64,000 nt of DNA from Albugo candida (taxonomy: Eukaryota). The stretch lies in the NCBI GenBank assembly GCA_040437565.1, contig JBDOQK010000049.1, forward strand, positions 186,001 to 250,000, in the 5' to 3' direction. Below, piece after piece: positions 52,800 to 64,000 of the stretch (position 1 is the stretch's first letter; each line of letters opens with the position of its first letter). The translations under genes were made by a program, and so were the position numbers. Below the pieces are notes generated by a model, which was not told the origin of the DNA, searched no databases, and saw only the letters and a program-made list of their open reading frames with translations.

Positions 52800-54865
52800 C
52801 AAAGTCTGAAGCGCTTCATTGACGTTGTCGAGAGTGCTCAGCACCAAGGCCATACGGGTCTCCTTTATGCACGCGTACCTCACATCTTTAGTTACTGTCT
52901 TGATGATGCAAATCAGCCTGTGGAAGGCATTTTATGAAATGTTCAAGACCGGATTAATATTTTCGGCGTGTTACAGAGCACCAAACTGATCTCTACTTCA
53001 CGATGGAAAAAGGCATTTACTGCCAGCCAGATAGAGCCTATCATTTAAATGGGGCATTACAAACGTGATACGATAAAAACTGCAGACAAAGATTTGAAGC
53101 GAACAAATGGAAATTCGATGACTTCAATTAAATTACCCCCCCCTGGTGCCAATTACGCTAGTGAGTTTGCCAATCAGATAAACTCAACAAATGGAGTCAT
53201 CGAGAATGGTAAAGCCCGGTTCACAAGTGAACAACTTTTGCGGTACGATTTGACTCTGCTCTCAGGTGCAACTAGTATTGCGATAGATCAGGTGCCATAA
53301 CGATTCAAACATTTTTTTTCTTCTCTCGCTGAATTGTACCATGCCGTGTCCCCGCATGACCAATTTATCCGCATTGAGGACGTCAGGATTGGATAAAGGA
53401 TTCGATAAGGATTCGAGCATTCCATTCATCCAAAATTCGATTCATTCGGTGCAAAATGTAAATGTCGAAAAGCGCTCTGCGAAAAGTCTGGTTTTTGGGC
53501 TGGACGTGTACGTGACTTCCTCGGTCGACTACTGGACGCGCGGACACTATGCACTTGGACATACCAGCAGATACTATAAGACAGTGGATCCCGATGATGA
53601 GTCGATAGTTGCCTGGCAAAACCACTACAAAGATTCGAATCATGTCACTTGATCAGCAAAGAGTTCTCCATCATTGTCGCCAGGATGGTGAAATACAATT
53701 TCATTTGGAGAGACGAATGAAGCTTCAACGGATGCAACTTCTATAAAAGTTCACCCTCAACCCTTTGGACACTATCTGTTTATTGTTTACAGCTGCTTTA
53801 ATGGTAATTGCTACAATGCGCACAACCCCCCCCCGTATCGGACCGCACGAGCTAACGGACATAATTACTATCGCACCACATTGACATAGGTATATGGTAC
53901 AGCAGAAAATATCATCTTCTTGGTGCGAACAAGCGGCTTCAGATGTGTTGAAGCGTTACAATCACGAAGTTGGATAGTTCATCGCACCTTCGGTGCGACA
54001 CGGAACAATCGATGTGGTTTCGTTGCGATCATGGACCGCTATATAAGGCTTCTATTGGAATTCAAGTACGCAAATCTTGGTAAAATCCCGGTATCTTGGA
54101 CGAGCCACATCGGAGATTTCGGAAATACTTCTCTGCAGCTTCCCGAGGTTAAAAAATCCTAGAGTTTTTTTGGAGAAACTGACACAGTTGAGCTCTTCTC
54201 AAATTGTATAAGTCCTGCTACAGTCGAAAAACAAATGCTGATAACTTTCCACCTCACCACAATGTTCCCGTCTGCACAGGATGATTTCCGCATGAGCTTG
54301 CCTTGAAGCCAGAATCTTGATCGCACTGGTAAAATTGAATATGTAAGTCGGAGCTGATATCCGAGTGTGTCGGTAATAAACGTCCTCGAAGAAGTTTAAA
54401 ACCCTGTTAGAAATCCCTTACCCAAGTCGAAGCACCTATCCGGTATCTCTCCGGTACGTGCAGGAGCAGTCGGTGAGGCTTTCTCGGTGGTTCTGCTTTC
54501 TGTGTAGCCTTCGGACAACTACACATTCTTCAGCCACCACAAGTCCGGGAAGCTAGATTCATCTGATATGGCTGTAATAGTCACTCAGTTACTGCAGCGC
54601 ATCCGCTGGGGATTGGTCTCATTACTTGGAGTTGACTTAGCACATGGAGCGAGACCGGCTTATGTGGAAGTCAAAAGCAATGGATCAAATTATTTTCCAA
54701 GCCATGAGAACGGGGACGGCGTCACTTCTGAAAAACTATCGAAACAACGAGATGCCATCCTCTGTCAACACATTGGTCATCTCGGGACAGATCGGCAGTT
54801 ATAAACCGGATAGACTCGATAGTTTATCACTAAATGGCGACATCTCGGAGATTTTTCACACCTAA
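52800..54865 (+). pseudogene. Possible decayed gene of unknown family
   Basis: Chain of same-strand ORF fragments (52653-52937, 53049-53300, 53341-53652, 53920-54162, 54568-54865) with protein-like composition; family not recognised. Confidence 0.3.
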
Positions 54866-57210
54866 TTTTGAAGATCACAGCACACATAGTCTGACCTCGC
54901 TTCGGAATTTTGAGTCATTTTTATTCCTTATGAATATGGATTTCATATGGTTTTTTATGGAGTTGATTGACATCTCATTCTCCGATGCAGAAAGACGGCG
55001 CATTCATGACCAGAGGCTACTCTCGACTTGTGATTGAATCTTTTCTTTCTTATGCTACAGAGGAGTAGTACACGTGCTAATAGTGTCGATGCTTGGGAGG
55101 AATCGTGACGAATGTCAGTGGATCTCATCCGAGATGAGGCAGAAGTGACACTTGAGTGACTGGAGTGATCGGAATTGTCAATTGCCGGACCAGCGACCTC
55201 ATCTACGTCAGTTCACACTTGAGACGATCTAAATCACGTTCCGTGCACAGGTTTGGTACTTTTGAAGCGGTGTTACGATCAAGAGAGCGCCTTCACCTGG
55301 CTTAGGTGCTAAATCACTTCGGTGGACAGCTTGCTTTAGCTGCTTTTCCGGAGATCGGAGGTGATCGCTGCGTAACGCTAACGTCCAAGTACAAGTGCAG
55401 CTCACATGGTAGCACTAGCTGGACGGCTATAATGATCAATTTTTACGGGTATCATTGATGGGAGCATGTACAACCATATGATTCGTATATCTAGGCTGAG
55501 CGCTGTCTTATTAAGGGGTTGGGTGAGACATCTGCAATGAGAGAACTGAGAACATCAAGACTTGTTATCAACTATTATAAATATTTTCTTGAAGGGACCC
55601 ATCTTAATCGGCCAAAAGGAACGGGCTGCTAGGTGCAAAACATATTGGGATTATCCTAGGTGCTTCCTGTTGGTTATCGAAATGTCTATTGAATCTTTGA
55701 GATAGCCCAGGAAAACATAAGGTTCAATTTTTGATTCTAGCAATAAAGACACCTTCGACAAATCTTGAAAGCCTTCATGTTGATCCACGTTTACCTTGCC
55801 TTTAGTGCTCTCAGAGGTCAGGTGATATAGCTCGCAACTACTCCACTATTCCAGATTTTTTGATTATATCGATATTATCACCAGACTTGTCATATCTGCG
55901 ATCGTTCAACGCTCAGGTATGCCGAATAAGCAAGCTATGAGTCATTCATGAGCATGAATTGAAATCCCCACATACAACATCCGATATTTTTTCATGCTTA
56001 GGTTTCTAATTTAAAAGAAGCAATGTTTCTTGCAGCTTCGCGTGCCGAAATGCTCGTCAGGGAGTAAAACCAGCTTTTCCTGAATGGTATCATTTAGGTG
56101 CAGCACAGTAGGCGTCATTGCCTGTCGGGATATTATTCGACACATGAACTGGAAGAATTAGCTAAGAAGCGCATGTGCAGTCTAAATGACATGCATTGCA
56201 TACATCTCTAATCTTGAAGCTTAACAACTTCTTAACATCAAATGGCGATATTTTGTCTATATATTCGCTATATTTTACCCGCCAAATCACCCTGATTAAA
56301 GAATGCATTGATAGCTCCTATCCGATAGTGCCTCGTATGACCAAGCAACTTTTTATCATCTTTGCCATGAAAACATTATCGGCGATATATTGGCAATGAT
56401 ATTGCAAACATTGATGAATAATTAGATAAGACTAGCTGACTTTTGACTCTTGAAATACCCGGGCCATCTTATATATATCCGCTCCAACGCCAGTCCAACG
56501 TTGCATTGACAAAAGCCCACACAAAAGTCTAGTGTTGTGATATGCGGTAAAATAATTGGAATTAACGCGGCTGCTCAAACAAATACTTTATGGAGGAGTT
56601 ATGCGGCACAAACAATACAAGTAGAATCGTCTTTCCTTTTTATTAGTGAGATTGAATGTAGGCATTTGACCTGCCCGAGATGTAGTGTAAGTGAACGCAA
56701 AGTGAGTTAGAGATCGACCATATCATTAAAAACTGAGATATGGAAGCCCAACTGAAACATTGAGGTGGACGGTGGAAAATCTCATCGTTCAGCTCTTTGC
56801 AATGACCCAATAAACATTATTTCTGCCGCGATTCCACTATTGTATGACTGCTGACGAATAAGGGCCGCGCGTCATTCTTATCAACCATTAACATACTGCA
56901 ACTATATGACGTACAAGTCTTCCCAATTATATAGCAACTGGATTGTCACCCATCGGCTCACAATGATGCAAATACAGCAATATGGTAAGATTATAAGAAG
57001 GTTTGTCTGATTTGATAGAAGCTATTTTCCGATGACAGATGACGTATACCTGAAATGAGTGCTGAAGACAGTCGAGTTCTGAATTTCCATACATTATACA
57101 TTGCGTGCGATCTACAGCTTTACATATTTTTCATGTCATCTTATCCAACTTGTGTAACATTGCTACATTGCTATCTACAGATGTATATGCGTACTTAAAC
57201 AGACTTCCAT

Positions 57211-57218
57211 TTTCCCGC
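57211..57218 (+). promoter_or_regulatory. E2F-consensus site upstream of FANCI
   Basis: TTTCCCGC matches TTTSSCGC and ends 14 nt before the ATG at 57233. Confidence 0.4.
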
Positions 57219-57232
57219 CAAGAGTGTAGCGA

Positions 57233-60200
57233 ATGCAATGGGCGACGCAATTTAAAAGTCTAAAAGATTTTTCAAGTCAACTATGCAGCGAGACCAATGA
57301 CTTCACCGCAACAGCAATACGTGATTCAGATAACACAGATACAAATCTTCCAACAAACGCTATTGATGAAATTGATCGATACGGCATCACATCATTCTTT
57401 AATCATCTGGGTAGCATTTGGACCTCAAACTCATCATCCACTGCGAGTATATGCACTTCTGACTTTATTCCTATTGTGAAGGCGCTTTTGTATCTTACAA
57501 AACGCAAAAATGATCAAAACTCTACCAGAATGCTGTTGCACACTCATATAGTCAAGCATTTTCTCCTCTTATTGCATCGTGATGTGCTTCCACCCGATGT
57601 CAACGAATTTGTATATTTGCATGCGACGGTAGAGATTTGCAACGTACCGTTTCACTCCATATCGAATTGCATTGAAATCATCCTTTTCGGAACGACGCCA
57701 GCTTCAACCTGTACAGACTTAGTTTGGACCTCTTGCAATGCGTCAAACCTCATGGACCTCTTCTTCACCATTTTACAACAGATAGTACGCGACACCACCG
57801 CCGCAGTTGTGATAGATTTTTCACTTCGATCCCGACTAAGCCGTGTACCCGATATACTTGACAGCTTTATAGCAATCTCGTCAGAGTCAGAGGAAGATCA
57901 GAAATCGAATTTGAGTTGTCCAACTAGCACGTTCTTCGACATCCTCTTCACGTATTTTTTCAATCCAAGAATTCAGTGGCCAAATGTTGTCATCTCTAAC
58001 GTGCTTGAAAGATATCGTACTGATTGGATTCTGAGCCATCGACAAGAATGGACTCTTACATTGAAGATTGTGCAAGAGTGTGCAAACTACATTGATAATA
58101 CTGAGATCACCGTTCGCTTCGAACGCATCTCTTCCCTATTGCATCACGTTTTACTTCTCTGTCGAAGTCTTCGAGCAAAAGCATGTCGAGTTGCATTGGT
58201 GCGGCTATTCTGGTATATGTTGCAACAAGCCTCAATAATTTCTCCACCCACAGGGAAAGCGTCTTCACATCAGCAATCAAGCAATAACACAGAGTGGAGT
58301 GCTGTACGCGTACATGTGTCGATGATTTTGTACAATGTTGAGTCTGTGATGAAGCAGCAAGCGAATCACACTCTTGTGATTGTGTTACTCCATGAAATCG
58401 AGCGCACCTGGGCACGTTCGAATTCAACATACTGGCTTGAGACATTATGTCTCTTTTTGATATGTGAGCAAACTTCATCGTCGAAAAGGGTCTTTCAATC
58501 AATAGCGGACCATGCATTCAAAAGCAGTGACAATTCGACCTCATTTCGAGCCATGATCTTGGATTTGGTTGCATTCGTCAGCTTTGAGAAATGGGATGTG
58601 GTTACCAGCATGTTTGTGAATTTAGGCTTTTCCCTCATGGAGCAACAAGTGACTCGGAACATTCTCCAGAATCGAAAGACCTCTTTCTTGCAATGGAATG
58701 GAGCCATTGATTCGGCACCGTTTGGTATCCGGCTCATCCTTAGCTGCTTACATCATCAACTGAATTGTCGTACACGAGTTCTCGACAATGTGTTCACAAA
58801 TCTGATTGTCTACTCTGGACACGTGACTGAGAAACAGCGTTCCGATACCTTTTCGAAGAAAGGAATATCGCATACATTGCTGGAATGGAACGTGAATATG
58901 TTTGCTTTGATCGTCGATCGGCATGCTGTGATTCTGACAGCGCCCGAGTCACATCGTTGGCTCGACATTCTTCCGAAACTCCCTCTCGATTATGCTGCTC
59001 CGTACCTCCGAGCATTATGCTCTCTTGCACGTCAAGAGCCGCGGGTAGAGGCTTACCTGATCCTCAAATTACGCAAGCTATTGTATCGAAAAGAAGAACG
59101 TTTTCGAGTGATCGCAATGAATGGATTCTGTACCCTCTTAGATCGGGCTATCCACATTCTACGTCATGATGTATCAACTCTTTCTCAGTTGTATTCACAA
59201 CACACCACCAAGGCATTGACCAGTTTTTCACAGACACTAGCCAGCACTCAATATGTGAATACATTACCGCAGACATCGAGCATCGCCGAAGAGCTTTTTC
59301 GGCAGTTCTGTAGCTTGTTCAAACGTGCCCTTGAACTCCAAACAATAGTTCGAAAGGCGCTTTATGATAATTTTGTGGCATTATTCGCTGGCTGTGTCAT
59401 CCTCCGCGAACCAATACTAAAATTATTAACTGAACATTTTGAAGCTTCATACTACAATTCCGATGAGACATCACTGCCTCCAATTCAACTTGAAGCGTGT
59501 GTTTCAGAGGCTGCAGGAAACGTTTATGACGAGCCAGTGACACATTTATTGTGGGCGATTTCGAGCTGTACAGAAATGCTTTCTGAATCGTTCACATCCG
59601 ACAACCTTATTGGATCGCAGTTTGAAGACATGGAATTGTCCGATTTGCATCGAGGAACACAAGTTATATTGAGCTCTGTCATCGATCGAATGAAACGCTG
59701 TGAGCTGCAGCATTTTGACTTGAACGATACCATCTCATTTGCTCATTCCAAGTCCAATCGTTGCATCGTACAGAATCTCCGGAGCGTTCTCGAGTTTTGC
59801 ATGAGTGCCCTGCTTGAGAAGGTCGTCNNNNNNNNNNNNNNNNNNNNNNNNNNNNNNNNNNNNNNNNNNNNNNNNNNNNNNNNNNNNNNNNNNNNNNNNN
59901 NNNNNNNNNNNNNNNNNNNNNNNNNNNAATGTGTTCACAAATCTGATTGTCTACTCTGGACACGTGACTGAGAAACAGCGTTCCGATACCTTTTCGAAGA
60001 AAGGAATATCGCATACATTGCTGGAATGGAACGTGAATATGTTTGCTTTGATCGTCGATCGGCATGCTGTGATTCTGACAGCGCCCGAGTCACATCGTTG
60101 GCTCGACATTCTTCCGAAACTCCCTCTCGATTATGCTGCTCCGTACCTCCGAGCATTATGCTCTCTTGCACGTCAAGAGCCGCGGGTAGAGGCTTACCTG

Positions 60201-63026
60201 ATCCTCAAATTACGCAAGCTATTGTATCGAAAAGAAGAACGTTTTCGAGTGATCGCAATGAATGGATTCTGTACCCTCTTAGATCGGGCTATCCACATTC
60301 TACGTCATGATGTATCAACTCTTTCTCAGTTGTATTCACAACACACCACCAAGGCATTGACCAGTTTTTCACAGACACTAGCCAGCACTCAATATGTGAA
60401 TACATTACCGCAGACATCGAGCATCGCCGAAGAGCTTTTTCGGCAGTTCTGTAGCTTGTTCAAACGTGCCCTTGAACTCCAAACAATAGTTCGAAAGGCG
60501 CTTTATGATAATTTTGTGGCATTATTCGCTGGCTGTGTCATCCTCCGCGAACCAATACTAAAATTATTAACTGAACATTTTGAAGCTTCATACTACAATT
60601 CCGATGAGACATCACTGCCTCCAATTCAACTTGAAGCGTGTGTTTCAGAGGCTGCAGGAAACGTTTATGACGAGCCAGTGACACATTTATTGTGGGCGAT
60701 TTCGAGCTGTACAGAAATGCTTTCTGAATCGTTCACATCCGACAACCTTATTGGATCGCAGTTTGAAGACATGGAATTGTCCGATTTGCATCGAGGAACA
60801 CAAGTTATATTGAGCTCTGTCATCGATCGAATGAAACGCTGTGAGCTGCAGCATTTTGACTTGAACGATACCATCTCATTTGCTCATTCCAAGTCCAATC
60901 GTTGCATCGTACAGAATCTCCGGAGCGTTCTCGAGTTTTGCATGAGTGCCCTGCTTGAGAAGGTCGTCGATCACTCGGAGACGATGGTCTCTATCGATGA
61001 AAGTGTCGAAGTGACTCTTTTGCACTGGATGTCTCTACATCGCTGGTCAGAATCCAAGTTGAATAGCCCACCCAGAAGCAAAGCATCGAAAAAAAACAAA
61101 AGTGACGATTTGAAAGGCGTTGAAAATGCATCTCCAACGGTAGAGGAAGAGCGCCTGCCGAAAAGTTGGATCACACTACGCGCGTTACGAGGATTTTTTC
61201 GGAACGTTCATATTGCGTGGAGTAAAGATGAAAGATGGATTGCTAGCACAGAGCATTCACAATTGATGATTTTCTTCATAAAAAAACTTGAGGATGTTCT
61301 GATGGACGAAATGGATACGCTTCCAGGCTGTAAAGGAGCCTCTGGAAGGAGACGCGAATTAGAACTGCAGCAAACCAGAAAAGCATCCATTTTACAGATC
61401 TCAAAAGATATTCTGTGGATAAGCTTTGCGATTTGCCAACAATCAAAGGATTTATTTCGTTCTCGAAATGTTTGTTTGAAAAGAGAGAGTGTCGGGGAAC
61501 TTGCTTTTCAAGCGTTTAGAAGAATACTTGCGTATTGGAAAAAAACGGAGTCATCTATTTGTACCGTTGAATTGCACGTGCACGAGGCTTTCAAGTTTTC
61601 GGAAATGCTGGAATCCGTACCCGATAATACAGCAAATTCGATCGCCATCATGTCTACATGCATACGCTCAATGATGAAAGTCTTTGCAGCTTCCTTTCGT
61701 CAAAATGTGGAAATGAATTCAAATGGGCTTGAACTCATCCAAGAGCTAGAACGGTTGGCTGGAAAAACACCGACTGCAGCCAGCCAAGTTGCCTTGGAAG
61801 AATTGGACTTGCACGTGTCTGAATGGCTAAAATCCTTGCTGTCCTCTACCAAGCCTTTGCTTTCTCCAGGAAGTGTCAAACAGGTAGTGGAGATGCTTTT
61901 CCGACGTGAATTGCTCTCCGCTGACGACAAATTACCTGCTTCCTGTCCTTTAGTGACGCTGAAGTTTGCAAAATGTTTATCTATGGGCTTATTGCTGGCA
62001 TGCAAGGTCGACGATATCACGGATGTAATCAAGGTTATCGGAGCTGATGGTGACACGAACCAGTGTCCAATAATGCCATTCCAGCTAGAGCATCAATCTT
62101 CCAGTAATATTCTTGCAATTGTGGCTGCTGTTCAAAACTTTGTTCAAGAAGAGCTCGATGCGTTGGAACGTCATCTCAAAGATCTGCAACAACAAATGCG
62201 GCACCAATGGAGTCTCTCATGGAAAATATTGGATTCAGAGTGCATGGAAAAAATTAATGAAATCTTAGCTTCTTTTCAGCTGAATGATATGGCTCCAATT
62301 CTCGATTCATCACCCTCGTGGAGCTATCTTCCTCACCGCATGTTCCACATTGTCACCATCCTTGTACCTTTTGTCTTGGTGGATTTCAATAAATTCGCAA
62401 TATCATCCAAGACACTCCGACTGTGCCGACGGGTTCTCAAGCTACTGACCAAATTCATCCAAATTCGTATTCGATCAAAAGTATCAGAGTTGCCTCCCAT
62501 CATCCAGCAATTATTTTGTGTCACCGGGGCTCAATTTTCACCGGCATTGCTTGAGTACATTGCGTGCATATACGATGAAACAAAGGAAAGTAACAGCGGT
62601 AACGATGTGAAGAAAGCGAAGAAGAGGTCTGGAGAAGCGCTCAAACCACGCAGTGCAGTACCGATGCAATCACGGGTGATTCCTGAAGTCATTTTCGCAT
62701 TGGAGCAATTTGACACCGCTTTGATACGGCTGTCACGATTGTGCAAGGGTGTAGACTTCTCGATATGGTGTCGATTGAGGCAATCGCGCGATTTTCGCTT
62801 GAATCGCGATCGTATCCGGGCTTTTTTCGGGCACGATGAACCCGAGCCGGAATCAAGTATTATACAAAAAAGAAGACGTTCCAATGAGGTTGGGAGTTCT
62901 TTGAATGGAGGGAGAGACGCTCTATCTGATGTAACGATTGCATCAGACGCAGAAAGCGCGAGGGAAGAGGAAGAAGAGCTTGAAAAGACTCAACGGCAGA
63001 TAGAATCGAATGAGGAATCTTCATAA
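57233..63026 (+). CDS. FANCI: Fanconi anemia group I protein, apparently intronless (~1550 aa after collapsing the gap duplication)
   Basis: YLILKLRKLLYRKEERFRVIAMNGF, QTIVRKALYD and C-terminal IPEVIFALEQFDTALIRLSR...QSRDFRL match FANCI. Removing the 1141-nt gap plus duplicate leaves 4653 nt in one frame. Confidence 0.9.
58787..60968. repeat. Gap-flanking duplication inside FANCI (58787-59827 vs 59928-60968)
   Basis: Identical translations at a 1141-nt offset. Confidence 0.95.
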
Positions 63027-63061
63027 ACATTTATCGATTACAACCAATAAGAAATCAGTAG

Positions 63062-63792
63062 AACAAAACCAATCATTTGACGAAATCAGTNNNNNNNNNN
63101 NNNNNNNNNNNNNNNNNNNNNNNNNNNNNNNNNNNNNNNNNNNNNNNNNNNNNNNNNNNNNNNNNNNNNNNNNNNNNNNNNNNNNNNNNNAACAAAACCA
63201 ATCATTTAACGAAATCAGTAGCTTTTAGCATCCGGAATGAGCGATTCTAGCACAAAGACGACAATATTTGTGCGCAATTTACCATTCCAAATCACATCAA
63301 AGGAGCTCGAAGATCTGTTCAGCCAAATTGGACCTGTGAAAAAGGTTGATTTGATCAAAAATAAAGGAAAAGCAAAGGACGACACCCTTACTCGAGGATT
63401 CGCATTTGTGAGATTGTAAGAACGGATTTGCATGCAGTAATTGTGTCAACTGAACGTATTCTTAGTGCATTAGAAAGCGATGCGTCACTCGCCATCGAGA
63501 AAATGAATAAGTCCGAATTTCAAGGCCGAAAGCTATGTATTGGTGCGTNNNNNNNNNNNNNNNNNNNNNNNNNNNNNNNNNNNNNNNNNNNNNNNNNNNN
63601 NNNNNNNNNNNNNNNNNNNNNNNNNNNNNNNNNNNNNNNNNNNNNNNNTTTGTGAGATTGTAAGAACGGATTTGCATGCAGTAATTGTGTCAACTGAACG
63701 TATTCTTAGTGCATTAGAAAGCGATGCGTCACTCGCCATCGAGAAAATGAATAAGTCCGAATTTCAAGGCCGAAAGCTATGTATTGGTGCGT
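63062..63792. repeat. Two short gap-flanking duplications (63062-63090 vs 63191-63219; 63405-63548 vs 63649-63792)
   Basis: Direct reading; the first pair differs by one G/A substitution. Confidence 0.95.
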
Positions 63793-64000
63793 CAATAATA
63801 TGATCCGGTAGCCCGTCTCCTACACAAATTCACTGACATCAGTACATGACATGCTATAGATCGATGTAAATCCAAAGACGGTACACTCGTTGCTCCGAAG
63901 ATGGAGGAAAAGTCTTGTGAAATTGATGTGGCGGATAAAACAAAATCAGAGTCAAAAGATATCGATTGTGTACCCACAAAGACAAAACAAAGCGAACGTA
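63237..64000 (+). CDS. RRM protein, probably RBM28/Nop4-like; 5' part only
   Basis: TIFVRNLPF (RNP2), LFSQIGPVK, RGFAFVRF (RNP1), FQGRKLCID. Introns 63416-63465 and 63787-63859; exon 3 is open to the window edge. Confidence 0.8.

Noticed and set aside
53341..54804. PIWI/Argonaute-like motifs (VFGLDVY, LLGVDLAH)
   Set aside because: Short resemblance only; no other PIWI motifs in the expected order.
57233..63026. Two FANCI paralogs or an internal domain duplication
   Set aside because: The copies are identical and abut an N gap; collapsing them gives one continuous frame.

Overview
This is eukaryotic nuclear DNA, most likely from an oomycete and plausibly Albugo-like (inference from short GT-AG introns of about 50-65 nt, oomycete-type Gypsy/LINE/MULE relics and a retained cilium-associated UNC119). 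It is a draft scaffold with eleven 100-N gaps, seven of which are flanked by near-identical direct duplications that look like unmerged contig overlaps. Conserved genes: UNC119 (partial, missed by the ORF track), CWC24/RNF113, CTF4/WDHD1, a TPR-Aha1_N co-chaperone, VPS35L, FANCI and a RBM28/NOP4-like RRM gene (partial). It also carries a spliced membrane-protein gene of unknown function and two unrecognised ORFs, one with a clear signal peptide. About 31-55 kb is a transposon graveyard: L1/Tx1-like LINE pieces, a MULE interrupted by a TIR element, an IS630/Tc1/mariner-like transposase and two Gypsy relics. I found no convincing new multi-gene system. The best leads are the in-frame secreted ORF pair split by a triple stop, the TPR-Aha1_N fusion, the nested TIR element and a LINE 3' end without poly(A). 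All family calls come from motif recognition by eye, not database searches.
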